A stretch of DNA of 20,219 nucleotides from assembly GCA_016287855.1 (NCBI GenBank), contig JAEEXS010000016.1:1-20219 (forward strand). Direction: 5' to 3'. Shown piece by piece: positions 1 through 9,067 of this stretch. Origin of the DNA: Clostridia bacterium (lineage in GTDB: Bacteria; Bacillota; Clostridia; TANB77; RGIG9151). Every line of letters starts with the position of its first letter. Positions within the stretch are counted from its first letter, which is position 1. The translations under genes were made by a program, and so were the position numbers. A model generated the notes under the pieces. It did no database searches and was not told where the DNA came from. It was given only the letters and a program-made list of their open reading frames with translations.

Positions 1-687
1 ACATTTGAGCCAAAGAAAAATTTAACAAGAGCACAGATAGCAACGCTTATGAGTAAATTGCTTGATGAATCAAAAGTGTATAAAATGTATAAACTTGTGT
101 CCGATACTCAGGAAGGACTGATACGAACAAAATATGGTTATATAAATAAAAAGGGAGAAGAAGTAATACCATTTATATATTATGTTGCTAATGATTTTTC
201 AGAAGGATTAGCAGCGGTAAAAAAGAATGGCAAATATGGTTATATAAATGAAAAAGGAGAAGAAGTAATACCATTTATATATGATGTTGCTAGAAGTTTT
301 TCAGAAGGTTTAGCTGCAACATTTAAAGATGAGGGGTGTGGATATATAGATAAAGAAGGTAATGAAATAATACCATTTATATATTGGGATGCTTATGACT
401 TTTCAGAAGGTTTAGCTATAGTAGGGGGGAGCAATGGTTATGGCTGTATAGATAAAGAAGGTAGAGAAATAATATCTTGCGAATATAAAATTATTGGAAA
501 GTTTTCAGAAGGCTTGGCTCGAGCAAAAAATAGTAATGAAAAGTGGGGCTATATAAACAAAAAAGGCGAAGAAATTATACCATTTATATATGATGATGCT
601 AGTGATTTTTCAGATGGTGTAGCTAGAGTACAAGACGGTAATGGCAATTATATTTATATAGATAAGGAAGGGAATATAGAAAAATAA
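1..687 (+). CDS. Cell-surface protein, 5'-truncated by the window edge: end of an SLH-type motif followed by WG/KWG-type repeats
   Basis: The frame is open from nt 1 (TFEPKKNLTRAQIATLMSKLL), so the ATG at 49 is internal. F-x-P-x(4)-TRAQ-x-A-x-LM resembles the end of an S-layer homology motif. About six ~34-aa repeats of the form (K)YGYI(N/D)KKGEE(V/I)IPFIYD-A-DFSEGLA follow, which is the WG-containing repeat pattern. Stop at 685-687. Confidence 0.75.
   Translation, partial: TFEPKKNLTRAQIATLMSKLLDESKVYKMYKLVSDTQEGLIRTKYGYINKKGEEVIPFIYYVANDFSEGLAAVKKNGKYGYINEKGEEVIPFIYDVARSFSEGLAATFKDEGCGYIDKEGNEIIPFIYWDAYDFSEGLAIVGGSNGYGCIDKEGREIISCEYKIIGKFSEGLARAKNSNEKWGYINKKGEEIIPFIYDDASDFSDGVARVQDGNGNYIYIDKEGNIEK
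130..684 (+). repeat. Tandem in-frame coding repeats (period about 99-105 nt) encoding the WG repeats
   Basis: The 27-mer ggagaagaagtaataccatttatatat occurs exactly at 154-180 and 256-282. Diverged copies start near 358, 460 and 565. Confidence 0.85.
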
Positions 688-702
688 TTTTTGCTTTATA
701 AG

Positions 703-749
703 AAAACAGGACTATTGCAATATTTGTCTTACAGTAGCCCTGTTTTTTT
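703..749. terminator. Candidate bidirectional intrinsic terminator between convergent genes
   Basis: Imperfect stem caggactattg (707-717) / cagtagccctg (732-742). It is flanked by an A-run (703-706) and a T-run (743-749). It sits between the stop at 687 (+) and the stop at 751 (-). Confidence 0.6.
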
Positions 750-750
750 A

Positions 751-1887
751 TTATTCATTATCATCAAGTAAAATCTTGCTTTCTATTTCCTCTAAACTTG
801 TTACTGAAGTTAGTTTTCTTTGAATTTGTCTAGTACGAACACCTACTAACTTATCTAAATTGTCATTTGCTTGTTCAAGTCGTTTTTGAGTATCACTTAA
901 TACTGCGGCAAACGTATCAAATTCGGTTTTAACGGCCCCAAGTATTTTCCAAACTTCACTAGACCTCTTTTGAATTGCAAGGGTTTTAAAGCCCATTTGT
1001 AAGCTATTTAATAATGCTGCCATGGTAGTAGGCCCTGCAATTACAACTTTATATTTGTCTTGAAGCTCCTCAATAAGCCCGTGCCTTAAAACTTCTGCAT
1101 ATAGTCCTTCAAAAGGTAGAAACATTATACCAAAGTCAGTTGTATAAGGCGGATATAAATATTTTTCTTTTATATCTTTTGCACAGTTTTTTATTACTTG
1201 AATTAAAATTTTTACACAAGAATCTATTCTTTCAGGATCTCCGCTTTCATAAGCATCAACTAAATTAGCATACGCGTCTCCTGGAAATTTAGAGTCTATA
1301 GGTAAATATACAACTCCATCCTCATCGCCAGGTAGTTTTACAGCAAATTCTACAAAATTAGAAGAGTTAGGTTTAGTAGTCACGTTTATTTCGTATTGTT
1401 CGGGAGATAGTATTTGCTCTAATATAGCTCCAAGTTGAATTTCTCCTAAAACCCCTCTAGATTTTACGTTAGTTAAAACTTTTTTCAAGTCCCCAACACC
1501 TGTTGCTAGATTTTGCATTTCTCCAAGCCCTTTATATACTTGCTCAAGTCTTTCACTTACTAATTTAAACGATTGGGAAATCTTATCTTCTAATGTCTTT
1601 TGCAATTTTTCATCTACTGTAGTTTTCATTTCATCTAATTTTTTATTGTTGTTTTCCTGCATTTGATTTACTTTTGTATCTATTTGAACTAGCATATCGT
1701 TTACAGTTTTTTGGAGAGTATTGTTACGTTCAGTTAATTGAGCATTTAACTCAGATAAACGCTTGTCTTGCATTTCAGCAGTCTGTTTTTGAGTAGAATT
1801 TAACATATCTCCTAAAAGCTTTATTGCAATAAGAACAAAAATAATGATAATTAGTGCTACTATTGCAAGTCCTATGTATATTTCCAT
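751..1887 (-). CDS. rmuC: DNA recombination protein RmuC (N-terminal TM helix, long coiled coil, RmuC nuclease-like C-terminal domain)
   Basis: Hydrophobic N-terminus IYIGLAIVALIIIIFVLIAI, then a heptad-rich Q/E/K region, then a C-terminal block (YLPIDSKFP, IMFLPFEGLYAEV, LQMGFKTLAIQKRSSEVW) typical of the RmuC family. The ORF track starts at TTG 1890. ATG at 1887 is 7 nt from AGGAGG (revcomp of 1891-1900) and is preferred. Confidence 0.88.
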   Translation of the reverse strand: MEIYIGLAIVALIIIIFVLIAIKLLGDMLNSTQKQTAEMQDKRLSELNAQLTERNNTLQKTVNDMLVQIDTKVNQMQENNNKKLDEMKTTVDEKLQKTLEDKISQSFKLVSERLEQVYKGLGEMQNLATGVGDLKKVLTNVKSRGVLGEIQLGAILEQILSPEQYEINVTTKPNSSNFVEFAVKLPGDEDGVVYLPIDSKFPGDAYANLVDAYESGDPERIDSCVKILIQVIKNCAKDIKEKYLYPPYTTDFGIMFLPFEGLYAEVLRHGLIEELQDKYKVVIAGPTTMAALLNSLQMGFKTLAIQKRSSEVWKILGAVKTEFDTFAAVLSDTQKRLEQANDNLDKLVGVRTRQIQRKLTSVTSLEEIESKILLDDNE

Positions 1888-1910
1888 CAATTTTCCTCCT
1901 TTGTGTGAGT

Positions 1911-2585
1911 TTAACCTATAATATCCTTTATTTTTGAATAAATTTCTTCATGAATGTCTTCAATTGTACGTAGTTCCCCATTTTTTGTGCAATTTATTTC
2001 ATCCCAACCATATTTATTTATTAAATAACAAGCATTTTCGTAAGATTTTTTTAAGTGATTTGGATCTTTTTCATGAATATCTTTTTCTTTTTTGTGGGAA
2101 AATTTATTTTCGCGAGCTTCCATTAGCTTTTGACTAATTTCTACCGGAATATTTAAGAAAAATACTTTATCTGGCTCTGGTATTCCAAATAATCCATATT
2201 CAAAATCGCAAAGCCATTTTAAGAATTTTTCTTTTTCTTCCATATCTTCGATTTTTCCCGCTTGGTGTACCATATTTGCTGTAACATATCTATCTAATAT
2301 TACTATTCCACCATCTTTATAAAATTTCTCATAATCTTGTTTATATGAAGCAAATCTATCTACAGCATAAAACGTAGAGGCTATATATGCATTTACATCG
2401 TTTGCGTTTTCTCCAAATTCACCGGATAAATACATTTTTACTAACGAAGAAGAAGGATTATCGTACCTTGGATAAGAAATCTTCATTACCTTTTTCCCTT
2501 CTGCTTTTAGCCTTTCAAACAACTTGTCTGACTGAGTTTGTTTCCCTGAACCATCTACACCCTCTATTACTATAATCTTCCCCAT
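1911..2585 (-). CDS. tmk: Thymidylate (dTMP) kinase family protein
   Basis: P-loop IVIEGVDGSGKQTQ at the N-terminus, a DRY motif (ILDRYVTAN), and a lid region. Length is 224 aa. SD AAGGGGA lies upstream (revcomp of about 2595-2601). It is 20 nt upstream of rmuC on the same strand, so likely co-transcribed. Confidence 0.82.
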   Translation of the reverse strand: MGKIIVIEGVDGSGKQTQSDKLFERLKAEGKKVMKISYPRYDNPSSSLVKMYLSGEFGENANDVNAYIASTFYAVDRFASYKQDYEKFYKDGGIVILDRYVTANMVHQAGKIEDMEEKEKFLKWLCDFEYGLFGIPEPDKVFFLNIPVEISQKLMEARENKFSHKKEKDIHEKDPNHLKKSYENACYLINKYGWDEINCTKNGELRTIEDIHEEIYSKIKDIIG

Positions 2586-2606
2586 TTTGTTAATTCCCCT
2601 TTCGTG

Positions 2607-2635
2607 TTGTTAACATTTCGTAAATATGATACAAT
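2607..2635 (+). promoter_or_regulatory. Candidate sigma-A promoter for the yaaR-holB-ricT block
   Basis: TTGTTA (2607-2612), 17-nt spacer, TACAAT (2630-2635) with an extended -10 TG at 2627-2628. It lies in the divergent tmk / yaaR intergenic region. Confidence 0.45.
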
Positions 2636-2667
2636 ATTGAAGTGAAATTGTAAAGGAGTGATGAATT

Positions 2668-3117
2668 ATGAGAGTAAACAATATTGGAATGAATACTTCA
2701 AATATTACATCAACTTCTAACGAAGGAAAAAAAGTTGCAAAATCTAGTGAGAGTAGTTTTTCAAATGCTTTTAATCAATTTGAAAAAGAAAATGAAAGAG
2801 AGCAACTTGAACAACAATTAAAAAAGATAAATGAAAAAGGCCAATTTATTAAGGAAAGAATGGAAATGAGAGATCTTGTAGAGTACAAAGAGATGATAAG
2901 AGGCTTTTTAGAATATACGGTAAAATATTCTCATAAATACTTCAAAGAAACGAGGTTTGGACGAGATGGTTCATATAAAGTTATGGGAATTGTCCAAAAA
3001 GTAAATGAAGAATTAGATGCTCTAACCCAAGAGCTTATGAGTGCGGAAAAAGATAAAATAAACATTGTCGAAAAAATAAGCGGGATACAAGGCTTACTTG
3101 TAGATATGCTTATGTAA
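2668..3117 (+). CDS. DUF327 / YaaR-family protein
   Basis: 149 aa, with a charged helical middle and the C-terminal pattern ...KISGIQGLLVDMLM typical of YaaR-like proteins. The position immediately upstream of holB and yaaT matches the Bacillus yaaR-holB-yaaT arrangement. SD AAAGGAG at 2652-2658. Confidence 0.75.
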   Translation: MRVNNIGMNTSNITSTSNEGKKVAKSSESSFSNAFNQFEKENEREQLEQQLKKINEKGQFIKERMEMRDLVEYKEMIRGFLEYTVKYSHKYFKETRFGRDGSYKVMGIVQKVNEELDALTQELMSAEKDKINIVEKISGIQGLLVDMLM

Positions 3118-3134
3118 AAATGAAAGGAGGACAT

Positions 3135-3860
3135 ATGGAAAAAGAACTTCAAGGGGATATAACTAATGATAGAATAAATCATGCATATTTTTTAGAGTGT
3201 AGCGATGAAGAAAAAGGCTTAAAAGAAGCAAAAGAGTTTTCTGAGAGGTTGCTAAATGGTAAATTGGATAATAATCCAGATTTCAAAATAATTGAAACTA
3301 ATGAAAAAATAATAAAAGTTGAAGAAATACGTGAGCTTCAAAAAGAAATTCAGAAAAAACCAATTACCGGAGATAAAAAAGTATATATAATATACCAAGC
3401 TAACAAGTTAAATATTGCGGCACAAAATTGTTTATTAAAAACACTAGAAGAACCGCCAGAATATTTGACTCTTATTCTTGTTGCACCATCTATATATAGT
3501 GTAATTAGCACAGTACGTTCTAGAGTAAAAACAATGAAAATTTCATCAAATGAAGCGGTTGTAGTCAAAAAAGAAATAGTTGAATTTTTAGATACTTTAA
3601 AGTATAAAAATAAAGTTGAGGTTCTTAAGTATGCCAACTTTTTTGAAGAGCATAAGGATGATATCCTAGAAATTCTTCATGAAATGATGGTATATTGCGA
3701 CAAGAAGATTTTAGAAAATAAGTTGTCAGACGGATATAATTGTGATACAATTACATTCGCAAAGTATATTTCAATAATAGATGCTACAGAAAGGAAATTA
3801 CTTAATAGTAGTAATTTTTCTATGGCTATTGATAAAATGTTATTAGATATGAGAGGATAG
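3135..3860 (+). CDS. holB: DNA polymerase III delta-prime subunit (short form)
   Basis: INHAYFLECSD (degenerate Walker A region), AQNCLLKTLEEPP (clamp-loader sensor box) and VRSRV (SRC-like) motifs. ATG 3135 follows AAAGGAGGA (3122-3130) and is preferred over the track start at 3120. At about 241 aa it is shorter than the ~330-aa Bacillus protein. Confidence 0.8.
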   Translation: MEKELQGDITNDRINHAYFLECSDEEKGLKEAKEFSERLLNGKLDNNPDFKIIETNEKIIKVEEIRELQKEIQKKPITGDKKVYIIYQANKLNIAAQNCLLKTLEEPPEYLTLILVAPSIYSVISTVRSRVKTMKISSNEAVVVKKEIVEFLDTLKYKNKVEVLKYANFFEEHKDDILEILHEMMVYCDKKILENKLSDGYNCDTITFAKYISIIDATERKLLNSSNFSMAIDKMLLDMRG

Positions 3861-3865
3861 ATAAG

Positions 3866-4744
3866 ATGACAAAAGTTATAGGAGTAAAATTTAGGGATAA
3901 CGGAAAAACGTACTATTTTAATCCTAAAGGTTTAAATATTAATAAAGATGATTGTGTAATAGTTGAGACTATACGTGGGTTAGAGTTCGGAAAAGTTACT
4001 TTAGTAAATAAAGAAGTAGATGAAGAAACGTTTCAAAATCCTTTAAAAGATGTTATAAGAGTAGCAACAAAAGAAGACTTTAAGAAAAATGAAGAAAATA
4101 AAGAAAAGAGTAAAAGTGCTCTTGAAACATGTATTAAAAAGGCAAAAGAGCATGAACTAGATATGAAGTTTATAGATGCAGAATATACTTTTGATAATAG
4201 TAAAGTTATATTCTATTTCTCTGCTGAAGGAAGAATAGACTTTAGAGAACTTGTAAAAGATTTAGCTGCAATTTTCAAAACTAGAATAGAGTTAAGACAA
4301 ATAGGAGTAAGAGATGAATCTAAGATGTTAGGTGGCTTGGGTCATTGCGGTAGAGAGTTTTGTTGCCATAAATTTTTATGCGATTTCCAGCCTGTTTCGA
4401 TAAAAATGGCCAAAGATCAAGGGTTATCGCTTAATCCGACTAAAATTTCTGGTGCTTGTGGAAGGCTTATGTGTTGTTTATCTTACGAACAATGCGGATA
4501 TGAAGAAAAGTTAAAACGTGTGCCGAAAGTTGGATCATTAGTTTCTACTGCAAAAGGAGAAGGTATTGTTGAGTCGGCTAATATATTAAAAGAAGAAGTT
4601 AGTGTAAAATTAACTGGAAATGATGAAGACGTTGATTTAGAGGTATTTAAAGCAAGTGATGTAAAAGTAATAAAAGGCGTTGCAGAAAAAAATGGCGTAG
4701 AAAATGCAGAAGAATTAAAAGAGTTAAAGGAATTAGAAGACTAA
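3866..4744 (+). CDS. ricT: PSP1-domain protein RicT/YaaT (stage 0 sporulation / RNase Y maturation complex component)
   Basis: PSP1 C-terminal domain with the cysteine-rich block GHCGREFCCHKFLCDF...SGACGRLMCCLSYE. Conserved position after holB. Confidence 0.9.
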   Translation: MTKVIGVKFRDNGKTYYFNPKGLNINKDDCVIVETIRGLEFGKVTLVNKEVDEETFQNPLKDVIRVATKEDFKKNEENKEKSKSALETCIKKAKEHELDMKFIDAEYTFDNSKVIFYFSAEGRIDFRELVKDLAAIFKTRIELRQIGVRDESKMLGGLGHCGREFCCHKFLCDFQPVSIKMAKDQGLSLNPTKISGACGRLMCCLSYEQCGYEEKLKRVPKVGSLVSTAKGEGIVESANILKEEVSVKLTGNDEDVDLEVFKASDVKVIKGVAEKNGVENAEELKELKELED

Positions 4745-4765
4745 ATAGTTTTGGAGGTAGTAGTA

Positions 4766-6451
4766 ATGATTATTGAAAGAATAATTTATAATATTGTTTC
4801 AGTGCTACTTTTTGCTTATATTATTAAGCTATATATCGATAAGAAAAAAGAAGCGTATTTAGTAGTCGCTGGAGGCGAAGTTGTTGCTATAACGTTTAAT
4901 GTGCTTAATTTATTTAATAGTATATATTACGGGAACTATTTAGTTGAAGGACTGGCCGCAATTTTAGGTGCGATAATACCAGGAATAATATTTTTATCTA
5001 AATATGTAAATTCAATAAAGAATAATATTGCAGGTTTATTGGGCCCGGGAGTTGGAATCTTTGAAAAAGGTCCTACTAGTGAATTTTTTGACAAAATACC
5101 AATGCTTGAGGCTAAAGAAGCAAGTGATGTTGTAAAATGGATTAGACTTAATGAAGAAGATGTAATGACACAATTAAAAGATAGATTTACAGCTGCAGAA
5201 GATTTAGTCACAGATGAAAAGTATAAAGAGGCTTTAGATATATATAATGGGGCTGAAGTGTTGTTTAAAGAAAATCCTATTATATTATATAATTCAGGAA
5301 TTATTTATATGAAAAATGCTAATTATGAGATGGCAGCAGCAAGATTCTTAAGAGCTTCTGAAATCTTAGATAATCAAGAAGTATATGACGATAATAGTGC
5401 TTCAATTGCCTTTGATAGGGCTAAGAATATTATGCAAGGAATAGAAAAATTTGATGTTTATTATAATTTGGCGTTAGCTTTTGCTTGCCTTAATAAGCCG
5501 GAGTTGGCAGTCGAGAACTTTAAGAAAGCAGGCGACAGCAAATCTAATTGGATACTAGTATATAAACCACTTGCAATCATTTTAGAGAGCTTAAAAAGAT
5601 ACGAAGAAGCTGCTAAAATGTATGAAAAACTTTCTGAATATGAGCCAGAAGATTTCGCAGGGTATGGTAAGATAGGTACTTTATTTGCATTTAAGAAAGA
5701 GTACGATAAAGCTATAATAAATTATAGAAAAGCTATAAGATTAGATCCTAATAATGCATCGTTATACTACAATATGGGAATATTACTTTATGAAACAGAT
5801 AAGATAAATGATTCAATAAATGCTTTTAGAAATGCAATAGAAATAAATTCTGAAGATTATAGATTCCATTATAATCTTGCGCTAGCATTAGAACGTGCAA
5901 ATGAAAAAGGTCTTGCTATAGACGAACTTAGAAAGACCTTGATTTCAAAACCAGATTACACAGTAGCATCTAATATGCTTGCAATATTATATTGCGGTGA
6001 AGGTAATCAAGATGCGGCTATACAAACTTGTGAGAGTGCAATAAAATATGATATTGATAATTACGAGTTATACTTTAATGCAGCTATTGCATATATGGAA
6101 TTAAAAGACTATGAAAATGCTAGAAAATATTTTGAATCAGCGCTTTCCAAAAATCCTGATTTAGCAGAAGCTTATTTTGGGCTTGGTCAAATAGCGATTA
6201 TTCTTGAAGATTATTATTCTGCAGAAACTAATTATTTAAAAGCTATAAAGATTAATGCTGAATACCCAAATCCATATTATAACTTATCAAGAATATATGC
6301 TTACAGAAAAGAATACGCAAAGGTAATAGAGAATTTAACACATGCAGTAAGATTAAATCCAGCATATAAGCAAAGGATAAAACATGATAGCGCATTTGAT
6401 CTTATGCAAAATATGAGCGATTTCAAAGCTCTTATAGAGGAAGAAAAATAA
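4766..6451 (+). CDS. Membrane-anchored tetratricopeptide (TPR) repeat protein
   Basis: Two to three N-terminal hydrophobic helices. These are followed by many 34-aa TPR-like units (AxxxYxxAlxl-P-----A-yNLg pattern, e.g. AIINYRKAIRLDPNNASLYYNMGILLY). ATG 4766 follows GGAGG (4753-4757) and is preferred over TTG 4751. Confidence 0.8.
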   Translation: MIIERIIYNIVSVLLFAYIIKLYIDKKKEAYLVVAGGEVVAITFNVLNLFNSIYYGNYLVEGLAAILGAIIPGIIFLSKYVNSIKNNIAGLLGPGVGIFEKGPTSEFFDKIPMLEAKEASDVVKWIRLNEEDVMTQLKDRFTAAEDLVTDEKYKEALDIYNGAEVLFKENPIILYNSGIIYMKNANYEMAAARFLRASEILDNQEVYDDNSASIAFDRAKNIMQGIEKFDVYYNLALAFACLNKPELAVENFKKAGDSKSNWILVYKPLAIILESLKRYEEAAKMYEKLSEYEPEDFAGYGKIGTLFAFKKEYDKAIINYRKAIRLDPNNASLYYNMGILLYETDKINDSINAFRNAIEINSEDYRFHYNLALALERANEKGLAIDELRKTLISKPDYTVASNMLAILYCGEGNQDAAIQTCESAIKYDIDNYELYFNAAIAYMELKDYENARKYFESALSKNPDLAEAYFGLGQIAIILEDYYSAETNYLKAIKINAEYPNPYYNLSRIYAYRKEYAKVIENLTHAVRLNPAYKQRIKHDSAFDLMQNMSDFKALIEEEK

Positions 6452-6473
6452 AAGAGAAAGGGATGTGAAAACA

Positions 6474-6797
6474 ATGGAAGAAAAGGCGATTGTTTTAACT
6501 AACGAAAATTATGAGGAGGTTTTGAACTCAAATACTCCTGTAGTAGTAGATTTTTGGGCTACTTGGTGCGGACCTTGTAAAATGGTTAGTCCTGTAATTG
6601 AAGATTTAGCAAGTGAGTTTGAGGGGCAAACATCAATTTGTAAATTGAATGTTGACGAAATGCCAGATATTGCTGCTCAATACAAGATAATGAGCATACC
6701 TACAGTTATGATATTTAAGAATGGAGAAATTATAGATAAAGCAGTTGGAGTAAGAACAAGAGAAGAGTATCAAAATATGATAAAAAATGCATTATAA
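6474..6797 (+). CDS. trxA: Thioredoxin
   Basis: WCGPCK active site and a thioredoxin fold pattern (VVVDFWATWCGPCKM...IPTVMIFKNGE). ATG 6474 is about 10 nt from AAAGGGA (6457-6463). GTG 6465 is an alternative start. Confidence 0.92.
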   Translation: MEEKAIVLTNENYEEVLNSNTPVVVDFWATWCGPCKMVSPVIEDLASEFEGQTSICKLNVDEMPDIAAQYKIMSIPTVMIFKNGEIIDKAVGVRTREEYQNMIKNAL

Positions 6798-6810
6798 AGG
6801 ATAGATTATT

Positions 6811-7857
6811 ATGAATGTTGTCATTGTTGCTGGTGGAACTGCAGGGCACATAAACCCTGGAATTTCTATTGCAAATACTATAAAAAAGCATTATCCAGAG
6901 GCTAATATTACTTTTATAGGTACAAGGTATGGACTAGAAGGTAAATTAGTACCAAAGGCCGGGTATGAAATTAGATTTATACATTCAAAAGGACTATCTA
7001 AAAATCCTATTAAATTATTAAAAACTGTTGTAGCAAATTCAGAAGGATTATTTGAAGCAAAAAAAATATTAGAAGAGCTGAAGCCAAAGATTGTAATTGG
7101 AATGGGTGGTTACGTTTGTGCTCCAGTTCTTTTTGTAGCTAAAAAAATGTTAAAAATACCTGTATTTATTCATGAAAGTAATTCTATTGCTGGTAAAACA
7201 AACAAGTTTATAGGGAATTTTGCAGATGGTATTGCAGTAGGCTTTGAAAGAACAAAAGGAGAATTTAAAAGAAGTAAATACGTATTTGTAACGGGAAATC
7301 CAATAAACCAGGCTTTTTTTAATATTATAAAAACCCCTGAAAGTGAGAATTCAGTTTTAATATATGGTGGAAGCCAAGGAGCTAAAGGCATAAATGATAC
7401 AGTTATAGAGTTAATTAATAAAGAAAAATTATCGTATAAAATAATTTATGCAACTGGAGAAAAAAATTATATTGATGTAAAAAATAGGATTATAAACTCT
7501 AATAATAATGATATAGAAATTTTACCTTACATAAATAATATGCCAGATATGTTTTCAAGAGTAAGTTTGGTAGTAGCTCGTGCAGGAGCTTTAACCATAA
7601 GTGAGTTAAAAGCTTCTAATATGCCTGCAATTTTAATACCGTTACCTACTGCTGCCGAAAATCATCAAGAATTTAATGCTAGAGCTTTTTGTGAAGAAAA
7701 TACATGCGAAATGATTTTAGAAAAGGATTTAAACGAAAAAATTCTTGATGAGAAAATAGAAAAAATGTTAAAAATAAAAAGTAGTAATAATAACTCTAAA
7801 GAGGAAAATGCGGATGAAAAAATTTTTGAACTAATACAACCTTTTTTAATTAAATAG
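6811..7857 (+). CDS. murG: Undecaprenyldiphospho-muramoylpentapeptide beta-N-acetylglucosaminyltransferase (lipid II synthase)
   Basis: N-terminal G-loop VAGGTAGHINPG, then YGGSQGA, and a C-terminal ARAGALTISEL...P..A.NHQ..NA block, all typical of MurG. Confidence 0.9.
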   Translation: MNVVIVAGGTAGHINPGISIANTIKKHYPEANITFIGTRYGLEGKLVPKAGYEIRFIHSKGLSKNPIKLLKTVVANSEGLFEAKKILEELKPKIVIGMGGYVCAPVLFVAKKMLKIPVFIHESNSIAGKTNKFIGNFADGIAVGFERTKGEFKRSKYVFVTGNPINQAFFNIIKTPESENSVLIYGGSQGAKGINDTVIELINKEKLSYKIIYATGEKNYIDVKNRIINSNNNDIEILPYINNMPDMFSRVSLVVARAGALTISELKASNMPAILIPLPTAAENHQEFNARAFCEENTCEMILEKDLNEKILDEKIEKMLKIKSSNNNSKEENADEKIFELIQPFLIK

Positions 7858-7913
7858 ATGTACATATAAAAAATATTGCCGATATATATTTGGAGTTTGA
7901 TTGGAGGTGCAAT

Positions 7914-9014
7914 ATGTTAGAAGAATTGAAATTAAATTATAAAAAAATACTAAGGGTTGCTATAGAATTTATATTGATAATAATAGCTATTTTGGTAGGA
8001 ATAAAATTAGCAGTTTTCTTTTTACCTTTTTTAATAGCGTTTATAATAGCTAAAATATTAAAATTTCCTGTGAGTTTTCTTGAAAGAAAATTTAAGGTTA
8101 AGAGAGTTCTTGGCGTAATTCTTTTTATGATTTTATTTGTAGTAATTGCTGGTGCACTTATATATATGTTCTGTTCAGCTTTATTTAGAGAAGTAATAGC
8201 ATTATCTGAAAGGACTCAATATATTTTCCCAACACTATATAATAATATTTCTGATTTGTTAGGTAGATTTAGTTTTTATTTAGATACTTTGGATATATCT
8301 CCAGAATTTATACCTAAAATACAGGAATCTGCTCTTAATATTATAAATAATTTACTTACCACTGTAGCTGGGTGGATTAATAGTGCCGGAAATATTGCAA
8401 TAAACACAATAGTCAATTTCCCAACTATACTTATTTATATTATTATTACTATATTATCTACGTTTTTTATGAGTTGCGATTCTAAACTAATATCTGAAAC
8501 TTTGGAAAAACATTTGCCACTAAAATGGCTAAAAAAAGCTGAAGAGATTATAAATGGGTTATTTAGCTCTTTAGGAGGCTATGTAAAGGCACAAGGGATT
8601 CTTATTACAGTAACTTTTTTTGAATTGTTAATTGGTTTTATATTATTTAGAGTTGATTATGCTGTAATATTAGCAATTACAATAGCGATTATTGACGCAC
8701 TGCCGATTTTAGGAACCGGTACAGTATTGATCCCATGGGGATTAGTTCTTTTAATAACAGGTAACTATGTATTAGGATTTGAACTTTTAGGATTATATTT
8801 GTTTATTTTAGTAGTTAGACAATTAATAGAACCTAAGATTGTTGGACAACAAATTGGCGTTTATCCGCTCCTTACACTTATAGCGATGTACACTGGTGTT
8901 AGATTTATGGGATTGGTTGGTGTAATCGTTGGACCAATTGTGCTTATAATATTAAAGAGTGTATTTAGTGGAGTATACGAAAAAGGATTGTTAAAAGACT
9001 TATTTGGTAATTAA
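7914..9014 (+). CDS. AI-2E/PerM-family integral membrane protein, YtvI-like (sporulation integral membrane protein type)
   Basis: Polytopic protein of about 366 aa. The C-terminal LIEPKIVGQQIGVYPLLTL motif is typical of the AI-2E transporter family, and the overall layout resembles YtvI. ATG 7914 follows GGAGG (7904-7908) and is preferred over the track start at 7890. Confidence 0.72.
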   Translation: MLEELKLNYKKILRVAIEFILIIIAILVGIKLAVFFLPFLIAFIIAKILKFPVSFLERKFKVKRVLGVILFMILFVVIAGALIYMFCSALFREVIALSERTQYIFPTLYNNISDLLGRFSFYLDTLDISPEFIPKIQESALNIINNLLTTVAGWINSAGNIAINTIVNFPTILIYIIITILSTFFMSCDSKLISETLEKHLPLKWLKKAEEIINGLFSSLGGYVKAQGILITVTFFELLIGFILFRVDYAVILAITIAIIDALPILGTGTVLIPWGLVLLITGNYVLGFELLGLYLFILVVRQLIEPKIVGQQIGVYPLLTLIAMYTGVRFMGLVGVIVGPIVLIILKSVFSGVYEKGLLKDLFGN

Positions 9015-9025
9015 AACTTGTAAAT

Positions 9026-9053
9026 AAAAAACAGGGCTTAGCCCTGTTTTTTT
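9026..9053 (+). terminator. Rho-independent terminator after the ytvI-like gene
   Basis: aaaaaaCAGGGCttaGCCCTGttttttt: a GC-rich 6-bp stem (9032-9037 / 9041-9046), a 3-nt loop and a 7-T run. Confidence 0.88.
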
Positions 9054-9067
9054 ATTGCTATAAAATG

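Noticed and set aside
7858-7913. A full sigma-D promoter for the ytvI-like gene.
   Set aside because: GCCGATAT is present (7878-7885), but no TAAA lies 14-16 nt upstream; the nearest TAAA elements are at spacings of 7 and 23 nt. It is kept only as part of the recurring-motif observation.
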